Positions 38,128-52,196 are shown, counted from the whole stretch's first letter. The stretch: 62,680 bases of DNA, filler included, from Rhabdomonas costata (GCA_019059605.1; 43 parts of 43 records of this genome joined end to end with filler, not necessarily neighbours in it), one strand, 5' to 3'. The notes: generated by a model from the sequence alone, not told the origin. Numbers and translations are program-made.

Positions 38128-39337
38128 TGTGGGTGGTGTGCGACCATCGGAGCTTTACGCAGATGAGTGGGTCGCCACATAGCCTGTGGGGACTTTCGTG
38201 GTTCCCTTTGCTCATACACGAGCAGAGTTGCCTCCTCTGCCCTGTACGCCTCCGATGGTCGCACACTATCATCATCAAAAAGACACCACATTCCGTCTCC
38301 TCTCCCCCGAATGTCGACTGTGCAGATGCCAGGTCTAATTGCCACGGTGACTGCACCATTGTGGGTAATTCCCTGGCGGTCAAATTAAACCGAACTCGTT
38401 TGAGTCATAGAACAAGCACCTGCGGGAGCTTTGCCATGCTAGCCTTTTCGTTGCGCGCAATTTCCGTTGACATCTGGGGCATATGAATGCGTTTTCCATG
38501 TCCAGAACCTCATCCCCGAAGTGGTCCATCAGGCACGCATCCAGGGCGACGATAGGTCTTTCCGGGACGGCCATAAGCACAACGGTCTCTTCCCTTACTG
38601 TTGATGTCTTACCTCCACATTCCGGGCATTCAACACTTGATTCTTCCATGTGGGACACGATTTCTTTAATCACATTGTTGGCCTCTGCACTTTCTTGTCC
38701 ATGCTCCTCCACTGGCGTACCAGGACTCAATGCCTTCTTTTGAAGCACCTCCCAGATTTGACTCAGGAACTCCACCACATCGTGTTGACCGCCATATCCA
38801 AATTGGGGTAATGCATCAAACACGGAAGCCCGTTGGGTTCAGGATAGAGTGGTTTCCCAATCATGACATTCGCACCAGTGTCTCCCCAAGGGCCCGCGTC
38901 AGGGATTTACCTCTGCTCACTATCTATTGACCATGTCGTCGGGGCAGAATTCGTCCCATCACTTGGAGGCTCACGTTGAGGAAGCATAAATTCCCTTTGT
39001 CTCTACCAACCTTGTTCCACAGTCCGTACCGGTTCGGTGGTTCTCCTGTGACCACCTTTTCTTCATTGAAGTTCTTCACAAACCGCGTGCCAAGTCCATC
39101 CCTGTCATCCCCGTCATTTCGCCGCTCCGTGGCTTCCGATATGGATTCTTCATCCGTGTTGCTCCCATCGCGCTGTCCATCACATTTCCGAGAGTCGGCC
39201 ATCGCCTCCGTGTCGTCCCCTGAGCCCGCTAAACCTTCCTCTCCTTCACCTGAGTGGACTGTGGGGTTCGAACTTAGCCGTCTTGTCCAACACTTTCTCA
39301 AAAAGCTTCCTGCATTGTGCTGTTGCAATTCTCTCAA
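38128..39337 (-). pseudogene. Degenerate intronless ubiquitin-specific protease (peptidase C19)
   Basis: Cys box GLWN...GNLCFLNVSLQ, QHDVVEFL, CPECG, LDACL.DHFGDEVLD.ENAF.CPRC, LPQVLVL*LKR; several stops and frameshifts. Confidence 0.82.
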
Positions 39338-39656
39338 AATTGCTGCTGCCTCTTACATCCCCGGCGTTGCTTCCGGGGGTTCCTGCCCTCTGGGTGTCTC
39401 CCGTTCTGGCCTGGGGTTTGGTCCTTGGTCCTCCCAACTTTCACCCAAGGGCTCTCTACTTTCTGTTTGGTGGGGTTGCGAGAACCCACCCCANNNNNNN
39501 NNNNNNNNNNNNNNNNNNNNNNNNNNNNNNNNNNNNNTTAATTAATTAANNNNNNNNNNNNNNNNNNNNNNNNNNNNNNNNNNNNNNNNNNNNGGTTTGG
39601 GGTTTGGGTTTTGATTGTTGGATTCGTCTGCCCTGTGCGTTGCCGTTTGTTTCACT

Positions 39657-39757
39657 CAGTTTGCAGTTTGCAGTTTGCAGTTTGCAGTTTGCAGTTTGCA
39701 GTTTGCAGTTTGCAGTTTCAGTTTCAGTTTCAGTTTCAGTTTCAGTTTCAGTTTCAG
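39657..39757 (+). repeat. Compound microsatellite (CAGTTTG)8(CAGTTT)7
   Basis: Read directly from the sequence. Confidence 0.97.
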
Positions 39758-42546
39758 CGGAGTGCATAGAGACCGTTTCTGACGGGTTCCCCCTCCCTTC
39801 TCAAAAGCAGACAGGCGGGAGGCTCGCCCTATACGGGCTACTCTCTGCACCCCCTCGTCCTACTGTAGTTTATTGGGCGTGCTGAGCAAGGGTACTCTCT
39901 CCCTTTTAGCTCAGCACTGGCGACAACAAAAAAAAGGGAGGGAGACGCCACCCTATGATAAATGATGGGTAAGCGGAATTTTTGAAAAAAAACAATTATT
40001 GTGCCGAAATGAAATGACAATCACGGAAAAAATTACAGAAAACTGGCACATTGTACCGAATTGTGAAGCAGGGAAAAAATCACAGAAAACAACAATCAAC
40101 GCAACATGCCCGCACAGTAGCCTCTCGTCGTAATACTTTGGTCTCGAAACAGAGGGAGCCTTTGCAGCAACCGAAAGCCAAGTTTTCCAAAACCACTGAA
40201 GAGGAGGAGGAACAGTGTCCAAGAACTGCTGAACTCTGGGATCAAACTGCAAAGGTGGAGCCAAACTGGACCTGAGAGCCGCGGAAGTGAACACAAGGGT
40301 TATTGAAAAACAGCATCGTGCAGCCTGCGTTCGAGCGCCCTCAATCGTACTATATGTGTTAAAGTGTCAAACCAAACCTCGTGTTACAGCACCTGAAGTT
40401 TGCGCGCGCGCACGCACACACACAAATACACACAACAACAAAGGTTCAGTTAGTTTCACGCCATTTTGCGCCATCTGTCGCCATTGTGCGCGGGCCACAA
40501 CTCCCATGCAAAACCAAAAACCTCTCCAATGGGCAGCGCCTCGCAAAAAGAGAACATCACTCCTCACTCTCATAAACACAGACCTTGTTTGTTGCCCATC
40601 AACTGCGTGGGCCGAAGGCGAAATTGATTGGACGAGATAGGATGGACCCGAAACAGAGGGGCCCAAGAGAAGAGGTGGACGCGGCTGGTAAGACATCGGA
40701 CATTGAGAGAAAATCGAAAAGCAGGGAAGCGTTGAAGTGTCCACAGCAACAGGGCAGTTCGTGAAAGCCGCATAATCAATTAGGGAAGAGGACGGCATCT
40801 CCACGTTGTTTTTCAGCGGATAATCAAGCTCATAAGTGGACAAAAACGGGCGCGCGTTCAAACAAACACAGACACAAAGGAAAAAGATCACAACGGCAAG
40901 AAAAACATTTGCTCAACAAAAACAGACAAACAAAACAACCACACACACCCAACACNNNNNNNNNNNNNNNNNNNNNNNNNNNNNNNNNNNNNNNNNNNNT
41001 TAATTAATTAANNNNNNNNNNNNNNNNNNNNNNNNNNNNNNNNNNNNNNNNNNNNGGGTGGGTGTGCCTCCCTGGCCCACCTCTCTGTGATTGCCGTGGC
41101 GCTGGATGAGTACACGCCAATGGAGGCGGTGCTTCCTCCCGTGCTGCGTGCAAGAACGTCGTGTGGGCCTCGGCCGGTGCTGGCGCGGTGCAGCATTGGC
41201 CGGAGGCTGAGCCCCGCGCTGGTGCGCGCTGGTGGGGATTGTGTTAAGGCTTCTAAGAGAGCGTGCGGAGGAGTGGCCGTTCCAGGATCTAAGTTTGAGC
41301 CGCCGCTGATGGGGGTCAGGAAAGATCTGGTCGGCGGCCACGCATTCCCATTTCCTCGGCATCGGTTTGCACTGGAGCGTTCGCTGAAGTCTCGGCATCC
41401 GCCAGAACAACAGAGCCAGCTTTGAGAAAAGATATGATTGCAGTCGAGGTACCTCGCCGTTAATATAAAGACCCTGCCTGTTCCCTCCCGCAGACCAGTT
41501 CCTTCGTCAGTACCACCCAGGAGAGTATTCATCGGAGTCGGAGCTTTCATCCTTAGGCGCCGTCCTGCGTATCGCTGATGATAACGTTGAGCTTGATGTT
41601 AACGCGAACGTCGTTTGTATTCAAAACCTCAGAGCTCTGTGTATCTCCATGAGATAACTCGACTACGAACAAGAAATGGCCAGATGGGCTATTTGAAAAC
41701 CCTACACCTAAAGCCTACACCAGTTACGGTAGCCGCAGTCCTTCAGGAAACGTTCGCACGGGTATATGCGTCGCGATTACTCTTTTTGGATTTCTTTTTA
41801 TCGTCATCATGTGCACGTGCGGGAATGAGTGTGCCCAATATGCCGGCACACTACTTTCCTCACCACACCTTCCTACCGCCATGCAAAGTTCGAAGAGCAG
41901 ACCGGCGGAATAGTGGAGAGCAGCAGTAGCCTCATCGCCGCTGCCCTTGCGGTTGCCAGGATGTCTTCGTTGACGGCGCTGCGACTGAGTTTGGGAGGCT
42001 CTCCGCCAGTGCACTACAGGTAGTGGGCAGTGACTTTGTCCTGCGGAGCATTATGCGACCTCCCCATTCCAAGTCACAATAGAGTGGGAGCGAGGGTTCT
42101 TCGGGCGGTGACGAAAAGTTAGTATGGTAGGGGTTTTCAATTCAAGTCCTGGGAACGTTTCAGAACGCCGATAGGCTTCCAGATTGGATCTTCTTCCATT
42201 CGCCATGGTATGTCCAGGGCTGAAAGGCGTAGGTAATGTGCGATTCAACTACTACTATTGGTTGCAGTGTAAGTGTTCAGGTTTTCAAGTCAGAGGTCTC
42301 CCTGTCATCTCGGTGATTATATTCGGAACCTAGGCTCTCAAGTTTCTGCCATCCTCTCACCCTTCTTCGCAATGCATTGTATCCGTGGATACCAATATAA
42401 ATCTGTAACCCCCCCCACACNNNNNNNNNNNNNNNNNNNNNNNNNNNNNNNNNNNNNNNNNNNNTTAATTAATTAANNNNNNNNNNNNNNNNNNNNNNNN
42501 NNNNNNNNNNNNNNNNNNNNGGATACCTGCATTGCTCCATTGCGGC

Positions 42547-42996
42547 TTAGGTCTCTGCGACTCCACCCTCCTTCCTTGGGACCTGGAATGTTTTCTCGCG
42601 GGAACGGCCCTTCGGATAGGTGAACGGGCAGCACCAGTTTCTGCAGGCGTCGTCGTGCCAGCACCTCGCTCTGTCTTTGCGGTACGGGCAATTCCTGACC
42701 TCTTCCGCTGATCCTCCGGTACCTCGAGGCTGCCTCACTGACTCTTTGCCCTGGTGCGCCTGCAAATACTTTGGCTTCCCGTTATCCCTAACATAAGGAC
42801 TTTGATTTCTTGCGAAGCTCGATGGTCCGCTTTTACTTCTGCGCACTGGGTCCGTCTCTGCGGGGGTGTGTTCTAGGTGCTCCTCCCTCGGGTGCACAAA
42901 GGGACACCGTTGGAACTTGCATGATATCCCGTGCCAGCATCCCACTCCTGGGGCACAGGTGCTCGTCTTCCTCCTGCTTTCGGCTGCGGCTTTCAT
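42547..42996 (-). CDS. Intronless ORF with C-x5-C-x4-C-x3-H zinc fingers (possible retroelement ORF1/gag or RNA-binding protein)
   Basis: CWHGISCKFQRCPFVHP and a degenerate CWHDDACRNWCCPFTYP in a charged low-complexity ORF. Confidence 0.5.
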   Translation of the reverse strand: MKAAAESRRKTSTCAPGVGCWHGISCKFQRCPFVHPREEHLEHTPAETDPVRRSKSGPSSFARNQSPYVRDNGKPKYLQAHQGKESVRQPRGTGGSAEEVRNCPYRKDRARCWHDDACRNWCCPFTYPKGRSREKTFQVPRKEGGVAET

Positions 42997-45900
42997 GTCT
43001 CGCCCCTGGGAGTATCGGGGGTCTATTTCCTGCGGTCGGCCTCTCCTGCTCTGCGTCTCTTCTCCCTGGATGCTCAGTGCTTGATCCCCGCCACCCTCTT
43101 TCCCTGCCCCTTCTCTCCTGTCGGCTCCTTTCTCACAAAGGAGAACCCGTGATTTTTTTTCTTTGCCTCTTTTGAGCTTGGATTGTCAACTGGTGGAGTC
43201 TTCGACGGAAGTGCGCAAAATAGAAAGTAGAAAAGCGCGTGCAGTGCGCGGCAGAAAGGCAGAAAATAACAAAGGAAAGAATATTAGGCATAGCTTCACC
43301 ACTGTACTCCCCCTAAGTGGGAACACAAGCAAGGCTTCCTAACCCCCTGTAAGCTGTTTAGTGGAAATCCTGAAGCATGGAAAGTGTCGTAACCCCCTTT
43401 TTTCTGAACGAAGGGAATGAAACTGTTAGCTCCTTTTCATGACCGTGCATACCCTTCTGCTTCCTCCCTATCTCTGCCTGAACACAGCAGACCAAGCTGC
43501 CACAGTCGCAGAACACACGCACAGCGGTGAGCCGGTTTCGGTCCCACGGCACCGTTCGCTCCAACGGCACCTCTCCCGAGCACCCGTGACCAGTCGAGTG
43601 GGCGCACCAGCCGGCGATCATACACCCTGTCGCCGAAGGACTTCCTGTTGTTGGCGTATTTTTGGGCGCACGACTGCGGTGGCGTGCGTCCTGTTGAGAT
43701 GTTGGGGCACTCTTCTGCGTGGATGGGCACGGCGCACACCCTCACCCCAACGCCCCGAAACTCACCAAACCCAACCTCGGCCCGCTGAGGTCGCTGCCAC
43801 CCAGGGGCCATCACCACAAAACGACCAGCCCGTCGCCTTGTTTCCTGAGGACTGGCCAGGCACCCAAGCCTGCTCCACCCCACACCCNNNNNNNNNNNNN
43901 NNNNNNNNNNNNNNNNNNNNNNNNNNNNNNNTTAATTAATTAANNNNNNNNNNNNNNNNNNNNNNNNNNNNNNNNNNNNNNNNNNNNACTGTAGGACTGT
44001 AGGTTTGAGACCACCAGCTCGCGTATTTCCTGATAAAACTGAATTAATTGGATTTGAGTGGAATCAGACGTCATTTCTTTCCCGAAACGAAACAAAGTGA
44101 GGAACAAACGAGTTAACTTGAGGGTTTTGTTCCGGTGTACTTCGGGGTGCAACGTCCCCGCCCACGTACAAGAATGTGTGTGTGTGGGGTGAGATAGACC
44201 TTTCTCAGTCATCGTCATAAGTCTTAAGTCTCGCGACTGCTCGAGACTCCGTCATCTCCAGGCAACTTATCTCCCCAATCTGGCACCTGCTCCTGGTTGG
44301 GGTGGGCCAGAGTTGCCTTCATCCTAACGCCTCGATGACATGGATTCGAGCCTACCTCGGTGCCTCACAGTATCCGTACCAGCGTTCTCCCTTCGCACTT
44401 AGCTCAGTGTGTGTGTGGTGTGTGTCACAATTTTTTTTGGGGAAGTAGTCAGCGTTTCAAGCCTTTGTAGGTCCTTCGGCCTCCAGGTTAGGGGGGGAGG
44501 TGAACTTGCTGGTCGAAAGGTACCCGACCAAAAATGGATGTTTTAACTTTTTCAAACCACATGTACCCTCATGAAAGTTTCAATTGTTGTTCAAGTTTCA
44601 ATTTCCTTTCAGCAACTTTTCGTTTCTCCGCCATCAGAAAGAAGTCCAGAATCACCCAGTGAACTTTTCAAGTGCTTGTGGTTGGTTACAGCACTGTTGC
44701 CATGGCAGTTTGAGACTGCAGGGTCACACGGGAGGAAATGTAGAGAGAAGGGTGGAGAGAGAGATGAAGGGAAGATTTGATGGCCAAAGTGATGAAGAGG
44801 AAAGTTAAAATAGAAAGAGAAAGACTATTTTGTGAAGAGGGAGTCGGATACAGGAGAAACTGCGCTTTTTTGGGACCCCCCCCCCCGAGGACTTGGCGAA
44901 CCCAAAATATCGCTAATCGCGCATGACTGTAAAACGAAGTAGACTTGTAGAAGTCGGAAAAGGTCCCTAATCAAAGTAAAAAACCCTATCGCCCTATCGT
45001 GGGGGTGTAGCGACTGTCTTTTCAGGAAAAGCCCATTTTTTTCGTCCAAAATGGCTAATTTTTGAGTTCTGCAACGAGGACCAACAGCGTCCACCGACAN
45101 NNNNNNNNNNNNNNNNNNNNNNNNNNNNNNNNNNNNNNNNNNNTTAATTAATTAANNNNNNNNNNNNNNNNNNNNNNNNNNNNNNNNNNNNNNNNNNNNG
45201 TTTTTTGGGATTTTTACACTATTTTATTATTTTATATTATTATTTTGTCATTAATATCACAAGTGTATCACCACATCAACTTTCAAAACCTTTAAAAGTG
45301 CATAACTTGTAACTTGATGTGGTGATACACTTGTGATATTAATGACAAAATAATAATATAAAATAATAAAATAGTGTAAAAATTCCAAAAAAGAAATAAA
45401 ATCCAGAAAAAGATGAAAAAGAGACAGAGTGGCACGTGATATGTGATGATGCTAAGGGTGTGTTGTACTACTACACATGCACCCCCTACGTTATTGCATA
45501 CTCCCTACATGTAGTGGTTCGTGAATTCCTCCACCCTAAGGTGCCTACATGCACTCACCTACAACGTCTCTACAGTTCGTTGCACCTGCATATGCACGGT
45601 TTCACTCACCCATAGAATAGGTGTACAAAGTCATGTCTGGATTGGCGCCATCCACTTCGGATGTTTGACTCAGGTTGGGTTAACCTTTGTGCTTGGTGCG
45701 TAACCCAATCTGCAGCATCGATCCTACCACTACCATCACCATTTACCTCTATGTGCGTACTGTCTCTACATCTAAGGGCAAGTGTACAGACACCCTATAG
45801 GGTTGTGTGTGGTTAGGGCTAGCGCATAGTTCGATCTGTGTGGCGATACAAACATCTGTGGCTGTGCCTAATCCAGTGTATAGGAACGCTTGACCACTAC

Positions 45901-48900
45901 CACCAACGCCACTACTACTGCACGTAGGTACCTTAGCTGTGGTTCTACCGTATACGTACGGTTCTACCTTCTAAGCTAAGTCATGCACTCAGGTTCAATT
46001 AGGATTGTTGTACGATCTTTTAACGATTCGTCTCTTTTAACGTTACGTCAGTTTAATCTAAAATTATCATAAATTTAGACAACTACCTGGGGTTTCGGGA
46101 TCGGAGCCCTACTCTTTGCATCTCTTCCACATGAGGTACGAAGGAACCATCATGAGAGTAGGTAGACGAATGTGCATAAGCGCCTTCTGGCGGTGGAGCA
46201 CATGAACCACCGCATTTAAGGAGCATGTGAGCACTTGCAAACATGCGACCAGCAATAACCAAAGGGCTCCAAAATACGCATCGGGGTATCGCATTCATGT
46301 AATGTACCCCTTGATGCCATTACGCTGAGTTGGAAAGAGATGGAATTTGATGGAAACCTTACATTAGCGTCTTTGTCTCACATTAGGCGTATTCTCGTGA
46401 CATGCACATTTGATGGAGGCTGGTGCTTCCCACTCGAATTTCCATCGGCAAGAAGGATGTGTTGAGTCACGAGGCCAATGCGTAGTAGGTTAGGCATTCC
46501 CTCACACCCCCTACACACCCCTTGATGGCATCGGGTATCGGGGTGACATAGGTGGCACAGAATGTNNNNNNNNNNNNNNNNNNNNNNNNNNNNNNNNNNN
46601 NNNNNNNNNTTAATTAATTAANNNNNNNNNNNNNNNNNNNNNNNNNNNNNNNNNNNNNNNNNNNNATGTGCTGCGTTTTTTACAAATGTGGTTGTGGGTC
46701 TAAATGCAACAGCTAATGGCGGATCATCATATGCAAATATTTCACACGCAAGGGCTTGAAATTCGAGTCAACAAGTGGGAGTCCAGAGTGTGCCTGAACG
46801 TTCGCATGAGTTGCTAAGTTGTAAAGGAAACTTTCCTTGTGGCGTATAGATTGAAGAAGAAAATGTCCACGATTCCATGCACAATGCGAAAAAAATGCGT
46901 ACCATATGTATTGAGGAATTGGTTTGGTAGGAGCGGAGTATTTAGATAATATGGGTTTTCAAGAAGCTTCGCGATTTGTAGAGACCCTATCTTCATGAAG
47001 TGTTTTTGAAAGAGCTAATGGAATTTCTGGGCAAAGTCAAAAATGTTGTCACGGTACGATTCCCGAACAAATTATCAGGAAGAAATAACGAATCGGACAA
47101 TAATGTGAACAACGTTTAGGAAGTTGATCGAAGTTGCGGTACGCGCACCAATGTTCAATGTAGATGAATGTTGTTGTGCTGATTTAGATCGCGTCTTACA
47201 ATTGCCCCAATCACAAACACGGAGGTTTAAAGCTCTTTGACATCAAGAGAAATTGAAAGATAAATGAATATGGGACAACTAATGAGATTCACGGTAGAGC
47301 TCCTCGTGCGCCAAAAAGTAATTTTTGAGGTCGGCCAAGGTAGCAGCACGCGCGTTTAAGGGCCGCGTCGGATGCGTGGTTGGGACCAGGAAGGTGTGGT
47401 AAGGTAGAAGCAAGTCGGGCTAAAGAGTTCCTTTTTCGAGTTTAACGTAATTGATTTATCTTCTATCAAAAACCATTCTCGAACTTGTTTTCTTAATATT
47501 CTATATAGTGTGCTTATATGGGTCCGAACGCACCGGTTGCACCCAAGATCAAAGTTTAGGCGTTGTTGCCGTTTTTTTTCCTTGGCTTCCTTATGCGTGG
47601 GATGGCGTTAGCAGAACCAAACCACCCGGAGTGGAACCCGCAAAAATTGAGCGTTCGAAATCGACGGTTTGCCAGGGTTCAGGGCAGGACGCCGCAGCGG
47701 AGGCACAAGGATAAAAGGGCCCAATCTAAGAGAGGGGTGGCTTCTAGGAGGGTTGCGCGGGCAGACGAGGAAACAGCCGCACGGAGGCGCATGGTAGGGC
47801 AGAAGAGGGGGTGCCTGGCGGGGGCAAAATAGAAAGGGGGGCCGCAGGTCTCGCGCCAAGGCGCGGGCAGCAAGAAAACGCCAAAGCCCACCACAGCAAC
47901 GCACGGGGAGAACACACACAGAAGCCGGAAAAACGAAGCCCAGGAAAACAGGCACGCCAGGATGGTGCAACAGCTTTTACAAGGGGGGCGCCCGCCCGAA
48001 AACAATGTGCAAGGGGGCAAAAACAAAACANNNNNNNNNNNNNNNNNNNNNNNNNNNNNNNNNNNNNNNNNNNNTTAATTAATTAANNNNNNNNNNNNNN
48101 NNNNNNNNNNNNNNNNNNNNNNNNNNNNNNGGGTGTTGTGAAGGAGCGAGGGCAATGAGAGTGCGGTCCCGTGTTGGTCGCTTTTGTCAGAATGCGAGTG
48201 AGTCCTCCTCGGTTCTAGACCCAGCCCCCCCCTCCCCTGCTACCACTTCTCTGGCTGTAAACAATTCTCTGGATGTAAATTATCCTCCTCCCTGTGGGTC
48301 GCAAGACCGCGCCCCACTAATTTGTGTCACAATTTCCTCGTGCAAACTTTTCAGTGCTGTGTTGTCTTTCCTTCTCGACCTTTCCAGCTCACTCACGAGT
48401 GAGGCTGTGAAGTTTTCTTTTCCTCGGACTTCTTCTGCCTTTTCGTGCGTCTCAATCTGAGTCTAAAGCATTCTCCTTGCACGTTGTGTTGCCCCAGCTC
48501 GGCCTTGATGGGGTTTGATCGGATTTGACATCTCTTCGTTCCCTCGCTCAAATCAAAAAAGGGAACGCCTTCAGAACCCGAAACCGAAGAATGTAGATTT
48601 GTCAGAGTTCTGTTCCCAGTCTACCTCCTCTCCTCGAAGCTTCTCTCTCTCTCTCTCTCTCACGTTCAAACAAGTTTGGGTCCAAATCGGCCACCTTTTC
48701 CTCTTCTTCACCAAGTTCAGTCCACCACCACGCCGTGCCCCGTTTTTTCAGTGGTTTTCATACGTTCTTTTTGGAAGACGGTGTCTGTGCGAATTCTCAT
48801 TACTTTTCCCAGTGCTTCTGCGGGGTCGGCATCATCACTCTGCCGCCCCTACCTGGCAGTGCAGCAGTTCGGGTGAGCAGTTTCCGAGGGCGAGGGAGGC

Positions 48901-49671
48901 TCAGGGAGCCTTTGCGAACCAAATAAAGGATGGGGGATCCTCTCTCGCCTTTAATTGAGAGAGTGTCCTCTCTAGGGATCTGGATGGCTTGCGGAATTCA
49001 GAACTCCCGCGGCACCAGTCCGGTATTTACGATTCCCTCGCCTCCTCACCACAAAAAGGGGGAGGAGGAGAGGGAGATAATTCCCCTTCAGGGAGGGAGA
49101 GTGGGTGAGCGCCCAGTGCCAGTGCTTGGGATTACAGAGACAAGGTGGTTCGCGTTTGCTTTTCCATCTTTTCCCCACTTTTCCCCTCGTTTTCTTTCGT
49201 TTTCCTGCACTTACTTATCATCCTCCTTTTGGTTTTGGGTGAAAGGAGGCGGTGAACTGGAACGCTGTTCTGCTGCATACCTGAGCTGACTGAGTGACAC
49301 TCAGAGGAACCGGAGTTCCTCTGATTGATATGTGTCTTGGGGGCATACACTGTCTGACAGCACTGTCGGGCAGGACGGCCCGCCCCCTCCACAAAACAAA
49401 CACGTCAGCAGAACAGCCGTTGGGTGCGGAAGGATGCTTTTGATTCTCTGCTGTGTATATATGTGAATGTGCACGTGCGCCCCACCCCACACCNNNNNNN
49501 NNNNNNNNNNNNNNNNNNNNNNNNNNNNNNNNNNNNNTTAATTAATTAANNNNNNNNNNNNNNNNNNNNNNNNNNNNNNNNNNNNNNNNNNNNGTTTTTT
49601 GTTCTTACATTATATACAATATGTATAGATATATAATATAAGAACAAAAATTATAATGTAAGTATTATTTA

Positions 49672-50952
49672 ATGAATACATGGCAACACTGCAACAAAAA
49701 CTTAGACATTGATGACAACAGAAGGATATACTTTTTGAATAGAAATGAGTGTAGACAAATTCCGTATTTTAGATGTATAGTTAACGAAAATGAACGTTGG
49801 CACTATTTAGTATGTGAAAAATGCTTTTTCATGTTTGAGGAAATGTTTGAGAAAAAAAGAACACCTGATCAAATTGAAGATTAAATTGAAAATTAATAGA
49901 ACAAATCAATGATGAAGAAACCCAATTGTTGGATAAAGAAGCAGAACTTAGTCAGTTAGTCGATGATCAAGACAAACTGAAAATGAGACTCAACAACTAG
50001 AAGCAAAACAAATAAATAAACCGACGGAGAAAAGAAAAGAAAAGATTGCAAAATTGCGTAAAGCACTTAATGATTCAATAGAATACAAAAATACAATTGA
50101 ACAAGAACTACGAGATGCAGAACAAAACAGACGCGAACTATTAAACATAAAATATGTTCTTGAAAATTTTGTACTGCAAGGTATACCTCCACCTCGAAGA
50201 GTTGGAAAATTAAACGAAAGACATACTGCCTCTCTTGTAAATCCTACTTTGTATAATTTGAAAACCTGATCATCAATAAAACCGTCAACAATACCACCTG
50301 TACGAGTACCATATGATGAGCCAGAGCCACTTGCTCAAAATGTAGTAAAATTAAATCAGAGCAAGCAGATATCAACTGTAGTAAATCCATTACACGAGGT
50401 TAAAACAGAAATTAAACGAGATGACATGCAAGCATGTTTAACAGATGTTTACAATTTATATAGAGATCATGCTACAGATGAGAAAATTTCAAAAGAGTTG
50501 AATACATACAGTACAAGTGGGCTGCAAAAGATATTTGACACAAACAAAAAAAATATACCAGATTATGAAATTTACCTTCGTGAAAAAGTATCATTAGATA
50601 GAAGAGTAGGAAGAAAAGAGTATCACGTGTTAGTAAATATTATCCGCAAGTATAAAGATCAGTATAGTTTTGCAAAAAGAACACAACCATTAATTGAAAA
50701 GGCTTTGAGACAGATTTCAGATATTGGTGTAGATCCTATTAAAGAACTTGATAGGGATAATGTGAGCATTGCAGCACCCCACGTTGAAAGAAGTCATGGG
50801 GAAAACGGCATTAACAGAAATGATAAAATCTGGAAATGTGAGTAAAGGAGCTATAGAGAACAAGAAAGAATTTTTAAAAACGAGAACATACCAATAAAAT
50901 TTAACCCACCAATTAGTGAAAAAATATCAGCTCCAGTTTTAACAGCAAAAAA
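49672..50952 (+). pseudogene. AT-rich, intronless, disrupted coiled-coil ORF of foreign (virus/Polinton-like?) origin
   Basis: Far more AT-rich than the host contigs, with A/T-ending codons. Fragments 49672-49884, ~49893-50269 and 50270-50952 join into one >400-aa frame across frameshifts and stops. Confidence 0.55.
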
Positions 50953-51455
50953 NNNNNNNNNNNNNNNNNNNNNNNNNNNNNNNNNNNNNNNNNNNNTTAA
51001 TTAATTAANNNNNNNNNNNNNNNNNNNNNNNNNNNNNNNNNNNNNNNNNNNNTGGGGTGTTTGGGTTTGGGTGGACATTTGACTTCTGGTGACTTCTGGT
51101 GATTATTGGTGGACTGAGATGAAGAGATAAAGACAATAAAGACAAAAATTAAGTGGATAGAGATATGAGCAAATGAGGCCTGTATGACCCTTTTACACTT
51201 ACGCTTTACGCTTTTACACAGAAATGAGGGTGTATTGCACGCGAGCACACGCAGCCGTGGACGCCGACCCTCGGACACGACGGGATAGAACACGTAGTGC
51301 TGAACATTCAAGTGGGAAGAGCCACGGTAATTGCCTTTGGACAACGTATTGGAAAGAATCGGCTAGGAGCATGGATTATGGATCCCAATTCCCCCCAGCA
51401 TTTTGGTCGGCCTGCTGTACGTTAGAAACACCCAAGCTTCCGCTCAAGTCACTAA

Positions 51456-52196
<741 letters not shown>

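Noticed and set aside
44340-44465. tRNA/SINE-like A-box (TAGCTCAGTG) and B-box-like words
   Set aside because: No cloverleaf can be formed; the boxes are imperfect or on opposite strands
43988-45099. One contig about 255 bp shorter than its neighbours
   Set aside because: Most simply post-assembly trimming; no biological signal seen
45521-45703. HVWIGAI..GCL as a cox3 module (and IGVTTHHLVG near 37000 as a cox1 fragment)
   Set aside because: Only a few residues match and key conserved positions are missing; not supportable without a profile search
46814-46996. FLNTYGTHF as a MACPF signature
   Set aside because: The surrounding frame is short and lacks the following GG motif; probably chance or too decayed to call
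49672-50952. Alternative genetic code (stop reassignment) in this and the transposase ORFs
   Set aside because: Frameshifts accompany the stops, all three stop types occur, and intact host exons contain no in-frame stops
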